Shown in pieces: positions 47,860 through 57,906 of a DNA stretch of 64,000 nucleotides. The notes under the pieces are model-generated. The model saw nothing but the letters and a program-made list of their open reading frames with translations, was not told the origin of the DNA and did no database searches. Position 1 is the first letter of the stretch, and each line of letters starts with the position of its first letter. The translations under genes were made by a program, and so were the position numbers. Source of the DNA: a virus; IMG/VR virus record IMGVR_UViG_3300032083_001576, positions 3,013 through 67,012 of that record, one strand, 5' to 3'.

Positions 47860-49625
47860 TATGCCATTCCCTCAACTGCATCTGCAAATCTTGTAGCTTG
47901 ACTATCCACTTTACTACCCACTTCTGCTAATGCTCTTTCATTTGATTTAGAAGCTCTAATGGTTTCTTCAACAAGTGGTTTAATCGCATCTGAAATAAAT
48001 TCACCCATCTTTTCAATTGGCATAATCGCTTCTTGTGGATGAACATTAACTAATCCCTCTTGTGTTGTGATACCACCTTCTTGTGCTGAAGGTATACTAG
48101 AATACAATCCAGCGATAGCTACTCCAGCAAGTGCAGTACCTATAGTAGCACCGATTGGATTTAATGCGTAAGCTGCTGCTATCTGTGCACCTGCAATGGT
48201 TAAAGACCTACCAGCCATAGCACCAAGTCCTAAGACTAAAGCAGGTATTAATAATTTTGACTCAGCTAAGAATCCAGTGAAGTTCGCAACTCCTCTAACT
48301 ATTGTATTTAATGTTGGGCCTACTTGTTCTGCTAATTGCATTCCAATCATTTTAAAATCTGCTAATAATTGTGCTGTTCCTGTAATGGTTTCTTCTGGTA
48401 TTTCATTCTCTGCAGTTAATCTATTGATTTCACCTTGTAAAGTTAATTGTTCCCCTTGTCTTGAAACTAATTTTTGTATACTGGCTACATCCATACCCAA
48501 AGCTGATGCCAATGCGTCTCTTTGTATTCTATTTAATTTATTAAATTCTGCCTCTGTTCCAACTTGTTTTACTAATTCTTCTTGTAATCCCTCTATATCA
48601 TTTGCTAATGATAATTCCCTAGCTCTTTGTAAATTAACATCTCTACCTAAAAGTATTGAAGCCTCTATTTCAGCATTTAATGAATCTTGGAAACTTAATA
48701 ATTTATCTGCCGTTTTAGCTACATCACCTAAATTTATTCCAAGTTTTCTCGCTTGAACTGCTGCTCTTAATAAATTCTCACCACCATCTTTTGAAAATCT
48801 TGCAAATACTTCTGTGTCAGCTGCTATATCGGATAAAACTTTATCAGGTGCAACATCGTTTGCAATCGCTAGTTGTCTAGCTCCTAATAATAAATTTTCA
48901 GCTTGGTCACCAGTTAATCCTTGTGTTTGTGTAAATAATCCAACTAACTTACTAGCTTCATCGGTTGACATACCAGTTGAAGCTGTTATTCTACCTACAT
49001 TTCTAACTAATTTACTTGACTCTTCCACACTTAAACCAAAACTATTAGCTATATTTGAAACAGTTGTTTGTGCGTCTTTACTTGATAAACCTAATTGTAT
49101 AAATTCTTGATTTGCACCAGCTAATTCATCTCTGAATTTAGTAACACCAATACCACCAAATTGTTCAGCTATTGTTTCTTGTTGTGAATTAAAAACACCT
49201 AATAATGCTATGGCTGCTGTTAATGGATTCGCTACAAATCCTTTGATTGAAGCACCCACCCCACCAAATGTTGAATCTAATAATGTAGCATTTGCTATTG
49301 CACCTGCGATTAAGTCGTTAACTTGAGTTTGATAACCTATCTCTTTTATTTTATTCTTGACAATATCTTGTTCAACTTTATAAATATCTGCTACAGAATC
49401 GTGCTCTATTTCCAATAATCTATTTACTTCTGAGGTTAAATCAACTTGTATATCGGTTAACTTATTTACATCACCTTCAGCATTTTTAATATCCGTTAAT
49501 TGTTTAAGTCTATTTTCAGTAGTAGAGTCTAAAACTTTTCCTAGTTGAATTTGTTTTTCTTGAAGTTTTAGAGTGTCCTCAATTCGTTGATTCAATTGTT
49601 CTTGAAGTTGTTTTTTAGTTGGCAT
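47859..49625 (-). CDS. tail tape measure protein
   Basis: Ala/Leu/Gln-rich helical protein, hydrophobic C-terminal segments, GG...VHPQEAIMP; canonical position. Confidence 0.8.
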   Translation of the reverse strand: MPTKKQLQEQLNQRIEDTLKLQEKQIQLGKVLDSTTENRLKQLTDIKNAEGDVNKLTDIQVDLTSEVNRLLEIEHDSVADIYKVEQDIVKNKIKEIGYQTQVNDLIAGAIANATLLDSTFGGVGASIKGFVANPLTAAIALLGVFNSQQETIAEQFGGIGVTKFRDELAGANQEFIQLGLSSKDAQTTVSNIANSFGLSVEESSKLVRNVGRITASTGMSTDEASKLVGLFTQTQGLTGDQAENLLLGARQLAIANDVAPDKVLSDIAADTEVFARFSKDGGENLLRAAVQARKLGINLGDVAKTADKLLSFQDSLNAEIEASILLGRDVNLQRARELSLANDIEGLQEELVKQVGTEAEFNKLNRIQRDALASALGMDVASIQKLVSRQGEQLTLQGEINRLTAENEIPEETITGTAQLLADFKMIGMQLAEQVGPTLNTIVRGVANFTGFLAESKLLIPALVLGLGAMAGRSLTIAGAQIAAAYALNPIGATIGTALAGVAIAGLYSSIPSAQEGGITTQEGLVNVHPQEAIMPIEKMGEFISDAIKPLVEETIRASKSNERALAEVGSKVDSQATRFADAVEGMA

Positions 49626-49634
49626 TTTTATTCT

Positions 49635-49892
49635 CTATTTTATAAAATCACTTAATTTGTATTTACTAAGTTTCACTTTTTTTCCTAAACCAAACTTTTT
49701 TCTATATGCATTTATTCCATCTTCTATATCTTGAACACCTCTGTTTAAATCTTTAAATCCAGACATTATTTTTTTGTCTTTTCTGAGTAGTTTTTCTGCT
49801 TTGGAAGGAAATCCTAATAATCTAGCTAATTTACTAAAGAAGTTTTCAGCTAAGATGTTTTCATTATTCATATATGATTTTTTCTTTGACAC
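49635..49892 (-). CDS. hypothetical basic protein
   Basis: 85 aa ORF with AGGAG SD behind a late-type motif. Confidence 0.7.
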   Translation of the reverse strand: MSKKKSYMNNENILAENFFSKLARLLGFPSKAEKLLRKDKKIMSGFKDLNRGVQDIEDGINAYRKKFGLGKKVKLSKYKLSDFIK

Positions 49893-49920
49893 ATTATTCT
49901 CCTATTTAGATGTATCTATT

Positions 49921-49933
49921 CATATATAAATAT
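49921..49933 (-). promoter_or_regulatory. late-type promoter motif ATATTTATATATG
   Basis: Exact 13-mer. Confidence 0.7.
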
Positions 49934-49948
49934 CAAATTTGTTAAAAA

Positions 49949-50188
49949 TTATCTTTTAAATCTTGGATTGATTGATGGTTTTGATACCTTTGACCTTTGA
50001 TTAGCTTTTTTGATTTGTTCATTTTCTTTTGTACGAGTATCTGATAATTGTTTATAATAAAAATTCCTTAAATATACAGGCATATTATATACATCGGAAT
50101 GAATAAATCCCTTACCATAATACATTAATTGAAAAATTTGCTCGTGAAGTTTTGGTTTATCTTGAGGCGTCAGGCCAAAAAAACCCAA
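49949..50188 (-). CDS. gp51-like / tail chaperone extension ORF, probably reached by frameshift
   Basis: HEQIFQLMYYGKGF...YNMPVYLRNFY; overlaps upstream gene at GGG-T7; only a TTG start without an obvious SD. Confidence 0.7.
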   Translation of the reverse strand: MGFFGLTPQDKPKLHEQIFQLMYYGKGFIHSDVYNMPVYLRNFYYKQLSDTRTKENEQIKKANQRSKVSKPSINPRFKR

Positions 50189-50903
50189 CCGTCATAGGTA
50201 TATCAACCTTGACGGACTCCCCTTCTATTTCTATTTCTTGAGATAATTCAATATCAGGTGTTACCTCTCTGATTTCACTTCTTAAATGCATTGAATCTCT
50301 TGCGAGTAAATTTTGAACAAAGTTATTTATTGTAGCTTGTGAATCATCACCATCAACTGATATAATGGTGTGTCTTAACCTTGTAGTTAATTCAGGTTTT
50401 ACCTCAGCATTAATTTTTTCTGAAGCTTTTAATTCTTCATTTATTAAAATTTCCTCTTTACCAGTTAATAACTTAAATGTTACTTTTTTCTTTGATATTG
50501 GTAAAGTAACTTCAAATTTATTCTCTGTAATTTCATTAGGTACTTTTTTAAATGGACAATCCGCTAAATTAAAAGTTTTGTTTATTTTTTTACCTGTTGG
50601 AGTTGTTACCTCACAAGTGTATTCTGGACCATAGGCCAAAACTCTAGCCGCTACCATTACAGCATTTTTGTCACCTAATATTAAATCATCTGATTTAACA
50701 CCAGGTGTTAAAATTAAAGAATCCATTAATCTATCAATCACCACACCTTTTTTAATTAAATTCTGTGATGTTAGAATATCCTCTTCTTTAGCCGTCATAT
50801 ATTTAATTTCTATTTTTCCATTAGAACAAGGATGTTCTTTTGGATATAACTTACCTTCACTTGGTAAATCAATCATTTCACTTGGGAATTTGTTCTCTGA
50901 CAT
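50157..50903 (-). CDS. gp26-like baseplate hub / tail assembly chaperone
   Basis: LPSEG, MTAKEEDIL, LLTGKEE, C-terminal FFWP. Confidence 0.8.
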   Translation of the reverse strand: MSENKFPSEMIDLPSEGKLYPKEHPCSNGKIEIKYMTAKEEDILTSQNLIKKGVVIDRLMDSLILTPGVKSDDLILGDKNAVMVAARVLAYGPEYTCEVTTPTGKKINKTFNLADCPFKKVPNEITENKFEVTLPISKKKVTFKLLTGKEEILINEELKASEKINAEVKPELTTRLRHTIISVDGDDSQATINNFVQNLLARDSMHLRSEIREVTPDIELSQEIEIEGESVKVDIPMTVGFFWPDASR

Positions 50904-50904
50904 T

Positions 50905-51384
50905 TTATACCTCCAATGCTCTTCTGAACCAACCTAACCAAAATTTCTCTTGATTTGGTTTATCTATAACTATGTTTGCAAATCTTAAAACTCTGTATGC
51001 TCTTACTCTATCTAATGATATTTTTTGTATAGCATTCAATGTAGCTGGTCCTAAACCACCATCTACTTCAATTTTGTTTCTGTTTTTAGAATTAGCAGCT
51101 TGTTGTAAAACCTTAACAGCTCCTCTTCTACCAAAATTAACACACATATCAAAATAAATATGTCTTAATTGTGGGGGAACATCATCACACTTACCTCGTC
51201 TCCAATAGTCTGTATGATATATTTTTTTAGCTTGTTCTTTGGTAAGATTTTTAATGTCCACATCAGGATACCATCTTTTAGCGATTCCATATTTGGTTTC
51301 ACCACCAGCATCATCAGGGTCATTCACATAACCACCTTCGTGTTCTAAAACTATTTCTATTATTTCGTCAAATGTTGTTTTCAT
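50905..51384 (-). CDS. glycoside hydrolase family 108 lysozyme with peptidoglycan-binding domain
   Basis: HEGGYVNDPDDAGGETKYGI, VNFG, DGGLGPATL, GWFRR. Confidence 0.93.
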   Translation of the reverse strand: MKTTFDEIIEIVLEHEGGYVNDPDDAGGETKYGIAKRWYPDVDIKNLTKEQAKKIYHTDYWRRGKCDDVPPQLRHIYFDMCVNFGRRGAVKVLQQAANSKNRNKIEVDGGLGPATLNAIQKISLDRVRAYRVLRFANIVIDKPNQEKFWLGWFRRALEV

Positions 51385-51395
51385 AATAACATCTC

Positions 51396-51408
51396 CATAT
51401 ATAAATAT
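51396..51408 (-). promoter_or_regulatory. late-type promoter motif ATATTTATATATG
   Basis: Exact 13-mer running into the GGAG SD of the lysin. Confidence 0.7.
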
Positions 51409-51420
51409 ATATAAAATAAA

Positions 51421-51450
51421 AAAACCCTCGATTTTTATTTCAAGGGTTTT
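51421..51450 (-). terminator. intrinsic terminator after tail tube gene
   Basis: AAAACCCTTG/CGAGGGTTTT stem followed by U-tract. Confidence 0.8.
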
Positions 51451-51474
51451 CTCATATATTAGTTTAAGTATTTA

Positions 51475-51963
51475 TTAGAATTTAAGGATTGCGTAATCAT
51501 ATCTTAATGTTAATGATATTTCAACAGGGTCTGATGAGTCAAATGCTAAGTCACCAAAGTTAGCTGATTGAATATACGCACCTTTTAGTTCCCATTCTTC
51601 AACCACAGCACCTACTGGGTCTAAAAGGTTAAATGTAATATCTTTTTTATAGAAATCAGAATATCCATCTCTACCAGTAACTGATTCGTGGTGTAATCTT
51701 ACCCATTCAATCACTTGTTGAGCAGCTGATGGAACAACTGGGTCATATAACATAATTTCTAAAGGTTGCCATCTTGACTTACCTTTAACGTATCTTGTTA
51801 CGTTCATATGCTCTAATACTACTTCATCTGATTCAATTGATGGTCTATTCATTGACTTAATCAAATAAGCGTTGATACCATCGATTTGCATAATAAATCT
51901 ATTTTTGAGCTTTGGCTCAAAGGGTGTAAACATAATATCTTGTGGTTCTAATAATTCGGCCAT
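51475..51963 (-). CDS. gp19: tail tube protein (gp19-like)
   Basis: EPKLKNRF, RPS, WQP...YDP, WELKGAY, LRYD; follows sheath. Confidence 0.92.
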   Translation of the reverse strand: MAELLEPQDIMFTPFEPKLKNRFIMQIDGINAYLIKSMNRPSIESDEVVLEHMNVTRYVKGKSRWQPLEIMLYDPVVPSAAQQVIEWVRLHHESVTGRDGYSDFYKKDITFNLLDPVGAVVEEWELKGAYIQSANFGDLAFDSSDPVEISLTLRYDYAILKF

Positions 51964-51999
51964 TTAATTTCTCCTATTAAATACTTAAACCTTTACTTT

Positions 52000-52012
52000 C
52001 ATATATAAATAT
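52000..52012 (-). promoter_or_regulatory. late-type promoter motif ATATTTATATATG
   Basis: Exact 13-mer just downstream of a terminator. Confidence 0.7.
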
Positions 52013-52022
52013 TAAAATTTAT

Positions 52023-52058
52023 AAAAAAAAGGGATTTATATTTAAATAAATCCCTTTT
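52023..52058 (-). terminator. intrinsic terminator after tail sheath gene
   Basis: GGGATTTAT/ATAAATCCC stem plus U8. Confidence 0.85.
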
Positions 52059-52079
52059 CTTTTAGTTATTTATTAACTA

Positions 52080-54335
52080 TTACTCTGGAAAAGAAGCACC
52101 AGTTGGTTGTATTGTAAAGTCTAATACAATAAACTCAGCAGTTCTTGTAGGTTGTAAGAATAATTGTCCGACTAATTGATTTCTATCAATTGTATCAGGT
52201 GTATTATTCGTTTCATCCATCACTACTCTGAATGCACTCAATCCACTTTGTGATTGAACTTGTTCTAAGAATGGATTAACAATTCCTAAGAATCTTCTTC
52301 GTGTTGCCGATGTATTTTGTTCAAATACAAGGAATCTTGAAGAAGAAGCTATGAACTTCTTAACTCTGATTAATAATCGTCTTACATTGATTCTATCCAA
52401 CGCACTTGCTTTTTTCTGTAATGTTTTTTGTCCAAACACCGTTACCCCTTGTCCAGGGAATGTTGCGATTGGATTAATATTACTATCATATAAATCATCA
52501 CGATTACCTTGAGTTAGTTTTCTCTCAGCTTGAATAGCAGTTGTAATTCCACCACGATTCAATCCAGCAGGAGCGAACCACGGGTGTGCAACTCTATCAT
52601 TGAATGCGTAAACACCACCTAATACTACTGATGGTGGCACCCATCTTTGAGTTCCAGCAACTTGTGAATCAGGTACTTTAACCCATGGCCAATACATAGC
52701 TGCGAAGTTTGAATCTCTAGCTTCACCTCTTGTAGTAGCTGCTGTTAATGTTGAAGCATAAGGAACCGGGTCAATAATTGCAAAACAATCACCTCTTGAT
52801 TCACATACATCAATAGCTTTAGCCGTAATAGAAGAATGTAAAGAGTCTATAATACCTGGCATTAAGATTAAATTAATATCAAATTCATCTTGGTTTGCAA
52901 GTAAGTCAAGAGCTTCTTCATATGCATTTTTACCATCATCTGCTACAGTTGGGTCAAATCCTTGTGAATTTTGTGCTACGATGTTTTCATAAAATACTGC
53001 TCTAGGAGCCCGAGTAGAATCACCATTAAAATGTCCTAAAGCGTTAAATCCACTATGTCCATCTGAAGCACCAGTGAATCCACCATTTAGTGAACCACTA
53101 CCAACTTGAGGTAATGATTGAGATATATGACCACCATTTACAGGTATGTCACTTACATTCCCATTCTCATCTAAATAATCAATTGTAGGTGTACTAACAC
53201 TTTTAACTCTTACAAATCTTGAAGCGTTTGCAAATGAACCAGTTAATTGTAAGTATTTTGTACTTCCCTCTGTTTTAACTTGTTGTTTTTGGTCTCCAAT
53301 AACTTTTGAAATAAAGTTAGGTGAATTAGGGTCTAATGTTATATTATTAAATGATTCAAGTATTTGTTTTCTTTTAACATTATCATTACCAGCCCTAATT
53401 GTTAAATTAAAAGTACCTTTTTTATCATTTTTAGAAACAACTTCATATCTAACATTATGTTTTGAACCACTAACTAAAACATTATTTACTCTAGCAGTTG
53501 CATTACCATTATTCATTATTGTACCATCAGCTAATGTTTCTAATGTGAAACAAGTTGTAGTAGTTCCAGCAGAAACAGTACCACCAGTAATGTTAAATGA
53601 ACCACCTTTACCTGCTACACCACCACCAACTCCAGAACCTGCCGGAGCAGTTGTAAATGAACTTGGAGCACCAGCAGAAGCTGTTAGGAATGTAGTATTA
53701 TTTGCAGCTGTTCCTGCTAATGAAGCCGTAAGTGCTAATTGCCCATTTGATTGTGAAACTGCTGTCACATTTAATCCTGAAACAGCGTTAATCTCAGTTA
53801 CAAGATTGGTTATATGTGCTCCTCTCGTAGCACCATTGACAAAGAATCTGATTGAATCATCAGATGAATCTCCACCACCATCACCAGAAGCTATGAATTT
53901 AAATTCACTACTTCCTTGTGTTATTTTATAAACTTCTCCAATACCTGTTTTAAATGTAGTTGCAGATACAGAACCAGTAGCTTTATTGACACCAGATGTT
54001 ACGCTTGAATTTGTAGTAACAACATCAGCGGTAGCTGGTCCAAAACCTTGTGAACCATCTGCCATTATTCTAACAACAGTTAGTGTGTCTGAATTTTTTA
54101 AATATTCTTCAGCTGCATGTGAGGTTAAGAATTGGACTGAATCCGAACCCGTTCTAAACGTATCTCCAAATTTCGCTTGGAAATCAGAAAATGATGTTAC
54201 AACGGTTGGGATTCCTGCAGGACCTTTAAGTGTTGGTCCAATGAGTGCAGCTCCAATATCAGCCACAGCAGCCGGTAAAAACGTCTGGTCTATTTCATTC
54301 GTAAATACACCGGGACTTATAATTTTTTCGGCCAT
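52080..54335 (-). CDS. gp18: tail sheath protein (gp18-like)
   Basis: SPGVFTNEID, WFAPAGLNRG, INPI, GQKTLQ, RINVRRL, FEQN, PTRTAEFI. Confidence 0.96.
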   Translation of the reverse strand: MAEKIISPGVFTNEIDQTFLPAAVADIGAALIGPTLKGPAGIPTVVTSFSDFQAKFGDTFRTGSDSVQFLTSHAAEEYLKNSDTLTVVRIMADGSQGFGPATADVVTTNSSVTSGVNKATGSVSATTFKTGIGEVYKITQGSSEFKFIASGDGGGDSSDDSIRFFVNGATRGAHITNLVTEINAVSGLNVTAVSQSNGQLALTASLAGTAANNTTFLTASAGAPSSFTTAPAGSGVGGGVAGKGGSFNITGGTVSAGTTTTCFTLETLADGTIMNNGNATARVNNVLVSGSKHNVRYEVVSKNDKKGTFNLTIRAGNDNVKRKQILESFNNITLDPNSPNFISKVIGDQKQQVKTEGSTKYLQLTGSFANASRFVRVKSVSTPTIDYLDENGNVSDIPVNGGHISQSLPQVGSGSLNGGFTGASDGHSGFNALGHFNGDSTRAPRAVFYENIVAQNSQGFDPTVADDGKNAYEEALDLLANQDEFDINLILMPGIIDSLHSSITAKAIDVCESRGDCFAIIDPVPYASTLTAATTRGEARDSNFAAMYWPWVKVPDSQVAGTQRWVPPSVVLGGVYAFNDRVAHPWFAPAGLNRGGITTAIQAERKLTQGNRDDLYDSNINPIATFPGQGVTVFGQKTLQKKASALDRINVRRLLIRVKKFIASSSRFLVFEQNTSATRRRFLGIVNPFLEQVQSQSGLSAFRVVMDETNNTPDTIDRNQLVGQLFLQPTRTAEFIVLDFTIQPTGASFPE

Positions 54336-54404
54336 TGAATTTCTCCTAAGTTAACTTTTTTAATTTTTTGAGGTAAATACTATCTTTTGCGCATTAGTAT
54401 TATT

Positions 54405-54417
54405 CATATATAAATAT
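54405..54417 (-). promoter_or_regulatory. late-type promoter motif ATATTTATATATG
   Basis: Exact 13-mer upstream of sheath. Confidence 0.7.
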
Positions 54418-54454
54418 ACGACTTAATCCCCAAACGATAATTTTTTTTTGATTA

Positions 54455-54718
54455 TTAAGATTTATTTTCAACTGGTGTAAACACACCTGTTTCAGAGTTT
54501 AATGAACCCTCACCATATTTTTCAGTGATTGCTTCAAGAAATTTCTTTTCTTCTTCTTGAATTGATTTTAAAGAGTTTTCTAAGTCAATTTCTTGTTCAT
54601 CTAATCTGATTTGAGCCATTTTTAATTGTCCGAATTGATTTTGAACATTGGCATAGTTTTGTTGTATACCTTGAACTTGACTCATTTCTTCTTCTGTGAA
54701 CTTTACTTCTTCTGGCAT
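54455..54718 (-). CDS. small coiled-coil protein
   Basis: GGAGG SD before ATG 54718; KYGEGSLNSETGVF tail. Confidence 0.75.
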   Translation of the reverse strand: MPEEVKFTEEEMSQVQGIQQNYANVQNQFGQLKMAQIRLDEQEIDLENSLKSIQEEEKKFLEAITEKYGEGSLNSETGVFTPVENKS

Positions 54719-54742
54719 TATAACCTCCATTAATTAATGTTT

Positions 54743-54755
54743 CATATATAAATAT
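54743..54755 (-). promoter_or_regulatory. late-type promoter motif ATATTTATATATG
   Basis: Exact 13-mer. Confidence 0.7.
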
Positions 54756-54779
54756 ATATAAATTTTCAAAACGAGTGAT

Positions 54780-55643
54780 TTATTTTCCCACTTGTTTATC
54801 TGTAGCGTCACCCTCTTGTGTAAAGGTAACTCGTGATGGTGTTGTGAATTTTTTCATATTTGATATTTTGTTTGTAATTACTGAATTTAAATATTCTGGT
54901 AATAAATAAGCTTTTGAGGTAACACTAAATGTTGATTTGATAAATCTTTCACCATCTTGATTCATTTCTGATGCGTCTGATACACTATCAATTGTACATA
55001 AGAATTTGTTATTCGTTCCATCACCCCAATATGTATGTGATTGGTCTACGAAAGATTCTACTAATGGATTCATTTGTTCAATGAAATTTGTCCATAGAAC
55101 AAATTCATAAGTTATGTCTGCGTAGTTTGGCATTCCAGTAGTGATTACATCATAAACTGGTTGAACTCCTTCTTGAACTGAAAATCTATCATATTGATTG
55201 TCTTTACTCCATTTATTTGTTCTAACCACATCAATATAATTTCTTCCAACATCATGTGGAAAAGATTGGCCTGATAAATCATTTCTTGAAACCTCTGTTC
55301 TTCTTAACATAATTAATGGTAAGATTAATGAATTATTTTTGTCTCTTAATACTCCTCTTTTTCTAACCGCTTTCCATCTTTCTTCGTTTCCATAATAAAC
55401 AGGTATTTTTAAAGTTTCATTAGCTTCTCTAACTCTTGGTTTCATCACATTCTTAACGTGATTCAAAACTGCAGTATCAACATCTTTTAAAGTAATGGAA
55501 TAATTATCAGCAAAGTTATTACCTGGTATGATGGTTGTTTCCCTATTACCACGAATTGTAGTTCCTTTGGTAGATACCTCATTAGCTCTATTGACTAATT
55601 CTCTATTCACCACACCTTTGTTTGTAATTTTATTTACTGCCAT
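54780..55643 (-). CDS. tail terminator / sheath stabiliser (gp15-like)
   Basis: IPVYYGNEERW, LPLIM, P..ITYEF..WT, EQMN; position. Confidence 0.75.
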   Translation of the reverse strand: MAVNKITNKGVVNRELVNRANEVSTKGTTIRGNRETTIIPGNNFADNYSITLKDVDTAVLNHVKNVMKPRVREANETLKIPVYYGNEERWKAVRKRGVLRDKNNSLILPLIMLRRTEVSRNDLSGQSFPHDVGRNYIDVVRTNKWSKDNQYDRFSVQEGVQPVYDVITTGMPNYADITYEFVLWTNFIEQMNPLVESFVDQSHTYWGDGTNNKFLCTIDSVSDASEMNQDGERFIKSTFSVTSKAYLLPEYLNSVITNKISNMKKFTTPSRVTFTQEGDATDKQVGK

Positions 55644-56016
55644 TTCGTCTTCTCAGTTTTTTTAATTTATCCAATTTATTATTCACTTTACCTTTTACCT
55701 CTTCTGATTTAATACTACTCATATCAGCTTTACCAATTGCAATTTCTTTCTTAATATCTACCTCAATGGCTTTCACACCTGTTTGACTATTGGAATCAAA
55801 GTTATCCAACTTATTCATCAACTTACCCATCATCTGTTCCATTTGTAAATTACCATTTGGTTCAGGTATATAGGTATGTTTTCTTTCACCATAGACATCT
55901 TCATCATCTTGAACATTACCACTCACTTCAATCTTTGGTTTAGGTGTTTCTTTGTAGTTTGGATTTGAAGTATCAAACTTTGTAATTTTCTTATGTGTGA
56001 TTTGTTGAACAGCCAT
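55630..56016 (-). CDS. hypothetical protein
   Basis: 128 aa ORF in neck operon. Confidence 0.7.
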   Translation of the reverse strand: MAVQQITHKKITKFDTSNPNYKETPKPKIEVSGNVQDDEDVYGERKHTYIPEPNGNLQMEQMMGKLMNKLDNFDSNSQTGVKAIEVDIKKEIAIGKADMSSIKSEEVKGKVNNKLDKLKKLRRRNGSK

Positions 56017-56025
56017 TGGTTATCC

Positions 56026-57906
56026 TTAAACACTTATATCTGTTGTATCAATAAAGTAATTTTGTAATTTTAAAACTTCACCATTAGTTAAAGCTCTATC
56101 ATAAATAGCTAATTCATACATATGTCCTTTAAATCCTGTAAATGTGTTGTCATCACCTAATCTTTGGATTTTATGAACTATGTTTTCATCATAATTATTA
56201 TTTGTTCCCATTGATGTTGTGTTTAAATACCATTCAACTTGTCCATACCCATCATCACTATTGAATGGTTTTTTTCTACAAGTTAATAAAAGTTTAGCAC
56301 CTTCATTAATAACACCAGCGTCTTTAGTGATTTGAGAAGTTACATTATTCGTTCCATCATTAGCCACTACTTTTAAAATGGCTCTATTGTCAGCTGCAAA
56401 TTGAACTGTGATTTGGTCGTTATCTTCTGAATCTATTAAAAGATGATGAAAATGAACACCGTTATCAGCTGTCATATTCACCACAAAGAAAGTTGTAAAT
56501 TCACTAGCGTTAATATCATTAGTGAATATATAATTGTCATTCGTAGCTGCCTCATCTCTTCTTTTAAATAAAAGACTATTTTCTGAAGAATTGTATTCAG
56601 GTAGATTTGTACTAGCGGATTGTATTAAATTATTTTTATTTCCACTTAAATCATTCCAAGTTGCAACTTCATCACCATCAGAATGAGTAGAGGAAAATCC
56701 AGCGTTAAGTGTTGAATAATAACCTTGTAAATTTTCAATTTTTAATGGTTCTAATCTTAAATCAGGTGCATCTCCTCTACCAGTACTAAAATGTCTATAT
56801 TCATTTAAATTAGCTTTATTAGAAATTCTTGACTCATCAGCTATTTCTTGACTTTCATTGAAAATCGCTAACTTATTATTGTTTATATCTAGTAATTTTA
56901 ATTTTCTGTTTTCATTAAATATTTGTTTAGCCATTGTTTCATCTAATTGAAACAAGTAATTACTCTCTGGTATTTCTAACCATTGATTCCAAGTTAGTTT
57001 TTTATCACCTTGTTTTTCTCTAGCTATCTCTGTTAATGTTCCAACTAATTTAAAGGTGCTTAAAGTATTTACATCTTTCATATATTTTTCAAATTCACCC
57101 TTATTATCAACAACTATGTTTTGAAAACTTTCTGCATTTTGTAACTTTCTTTCTAATATAGAATTTTCGTATGAAAGACTTGAAAGATGTTTAACCTCAC
57201 TTGAAAGTGAACGAACTTGATGATTTAAATTTTTTATTTCATCTTTTTTATTTCTTAACTCTTCTCTTACATTTTCATTAACTTTAACATCTTTTCTTAA
57301 AACACCAATTAAATCTTTAGCCTCTTTTAATTTATTTAAAGACTCTTTCAATTTAGTTTTATAATTGTCAATCTTGTCATTTTTAGATACCAACGCTTTT
57401 TCATATGTATCTAAATTATTCACATACTCTTGATATACTCTTTTTCTTTCTGTCTTAACTTCATTAACAACTTTTTTACTATTTTTAGTTTCGTGATTTA
57501 ATTTGTAATTTAACTTATTAAGTTTTTCATTCAATTGTTTATTAAGTTTTTTAGCCTTTTCAATCACTCCATCTTTATAAGAAATTCTATCTTGTAATTT
57601 ATTTATTTTTTCGTGTAATGGATTGAATTGTGAATTGATTTCTTTTATAGTATTTTCTTTTAATTGTAATTCATTAATGTAATCTTTTTCTTTAATTGAA
57701 AAAGCTCCATCTTCAAATTTCTTTGCAGTATTTAATTCTTGAACAAGAAAGTTTTTTTCTTTTTCTAAATTCAAAACCTGATTTGATAGACTTTGTGCCT
57801 CTAATTCTAACTTATCAATAATTTTTTGTTTACTTTCAATCTTGTCTTCGTATTGAGAAGTTATTGGTTTTCCACTAAATCTTTCTTTTAAAATATCTAA
57901 ACTCAT
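56026..57906 (-). CDS. long coiled-coil protein with C-terminal LamG/concanavalin-like domain (neck fibre candidate)
   Basis: About 300 aa K/E/L-rich heptads; WNDLSGNKNNL and GHMYELAIYDRALT LamG motifs. Confidence 0.65.
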   Translation of the reverse strand: MSLDILKERFSGKPITSQYEDKIESKQKIIDKLELEAQSLSNQVLNLEKEKNFLVQELNTAKKFEDGAFSIKEKDYINELQLKENTIKEINSQFNPLHEKINKLQDRISYKDGVIEKAKKLNKQLNEKLNKLNYKLNHETKNSKKVVNEVKTERKRVYQEYVNNLDTYEKALVSKNDKIDNYKTKLKESLNKLKEAKDLIGVLRKDVKVNENVREELRNKKDEIKNLNHQVRSLSSEVKHLSSLSYENSILERKLQNAESFQNIVVDNKGEFEKYMKDVNTLSTFKLVGTLTEIAREKQGDKKLTWNQWLEIPESNYLFQLDETMAKQIFNENRKLKLLDINNNKLAIFNESQEIADESRISNKANLNEYRHFSTGRGDAPDLRLEPLKIENLQGYYSTLNAGFSSTHSDGDEVATWNDLSGNKNNLIQSASTNLPEYNSSENSLLFKRRDEAATNDNYIFTNDINASEFTTFFVVNMTADNGVHFHHLLIDSEDNDQITVQFAADNRAILKVVANDGTNNVTSQITKDAGVINEGAKLLLTCRKKPFNSDDGYGQVEWYLNTTSMGTNNNYDENIVHKIQRLGDDNTFTGFKGHMYELAIYDRALTNGEVLKLQNYFIDTTDISV

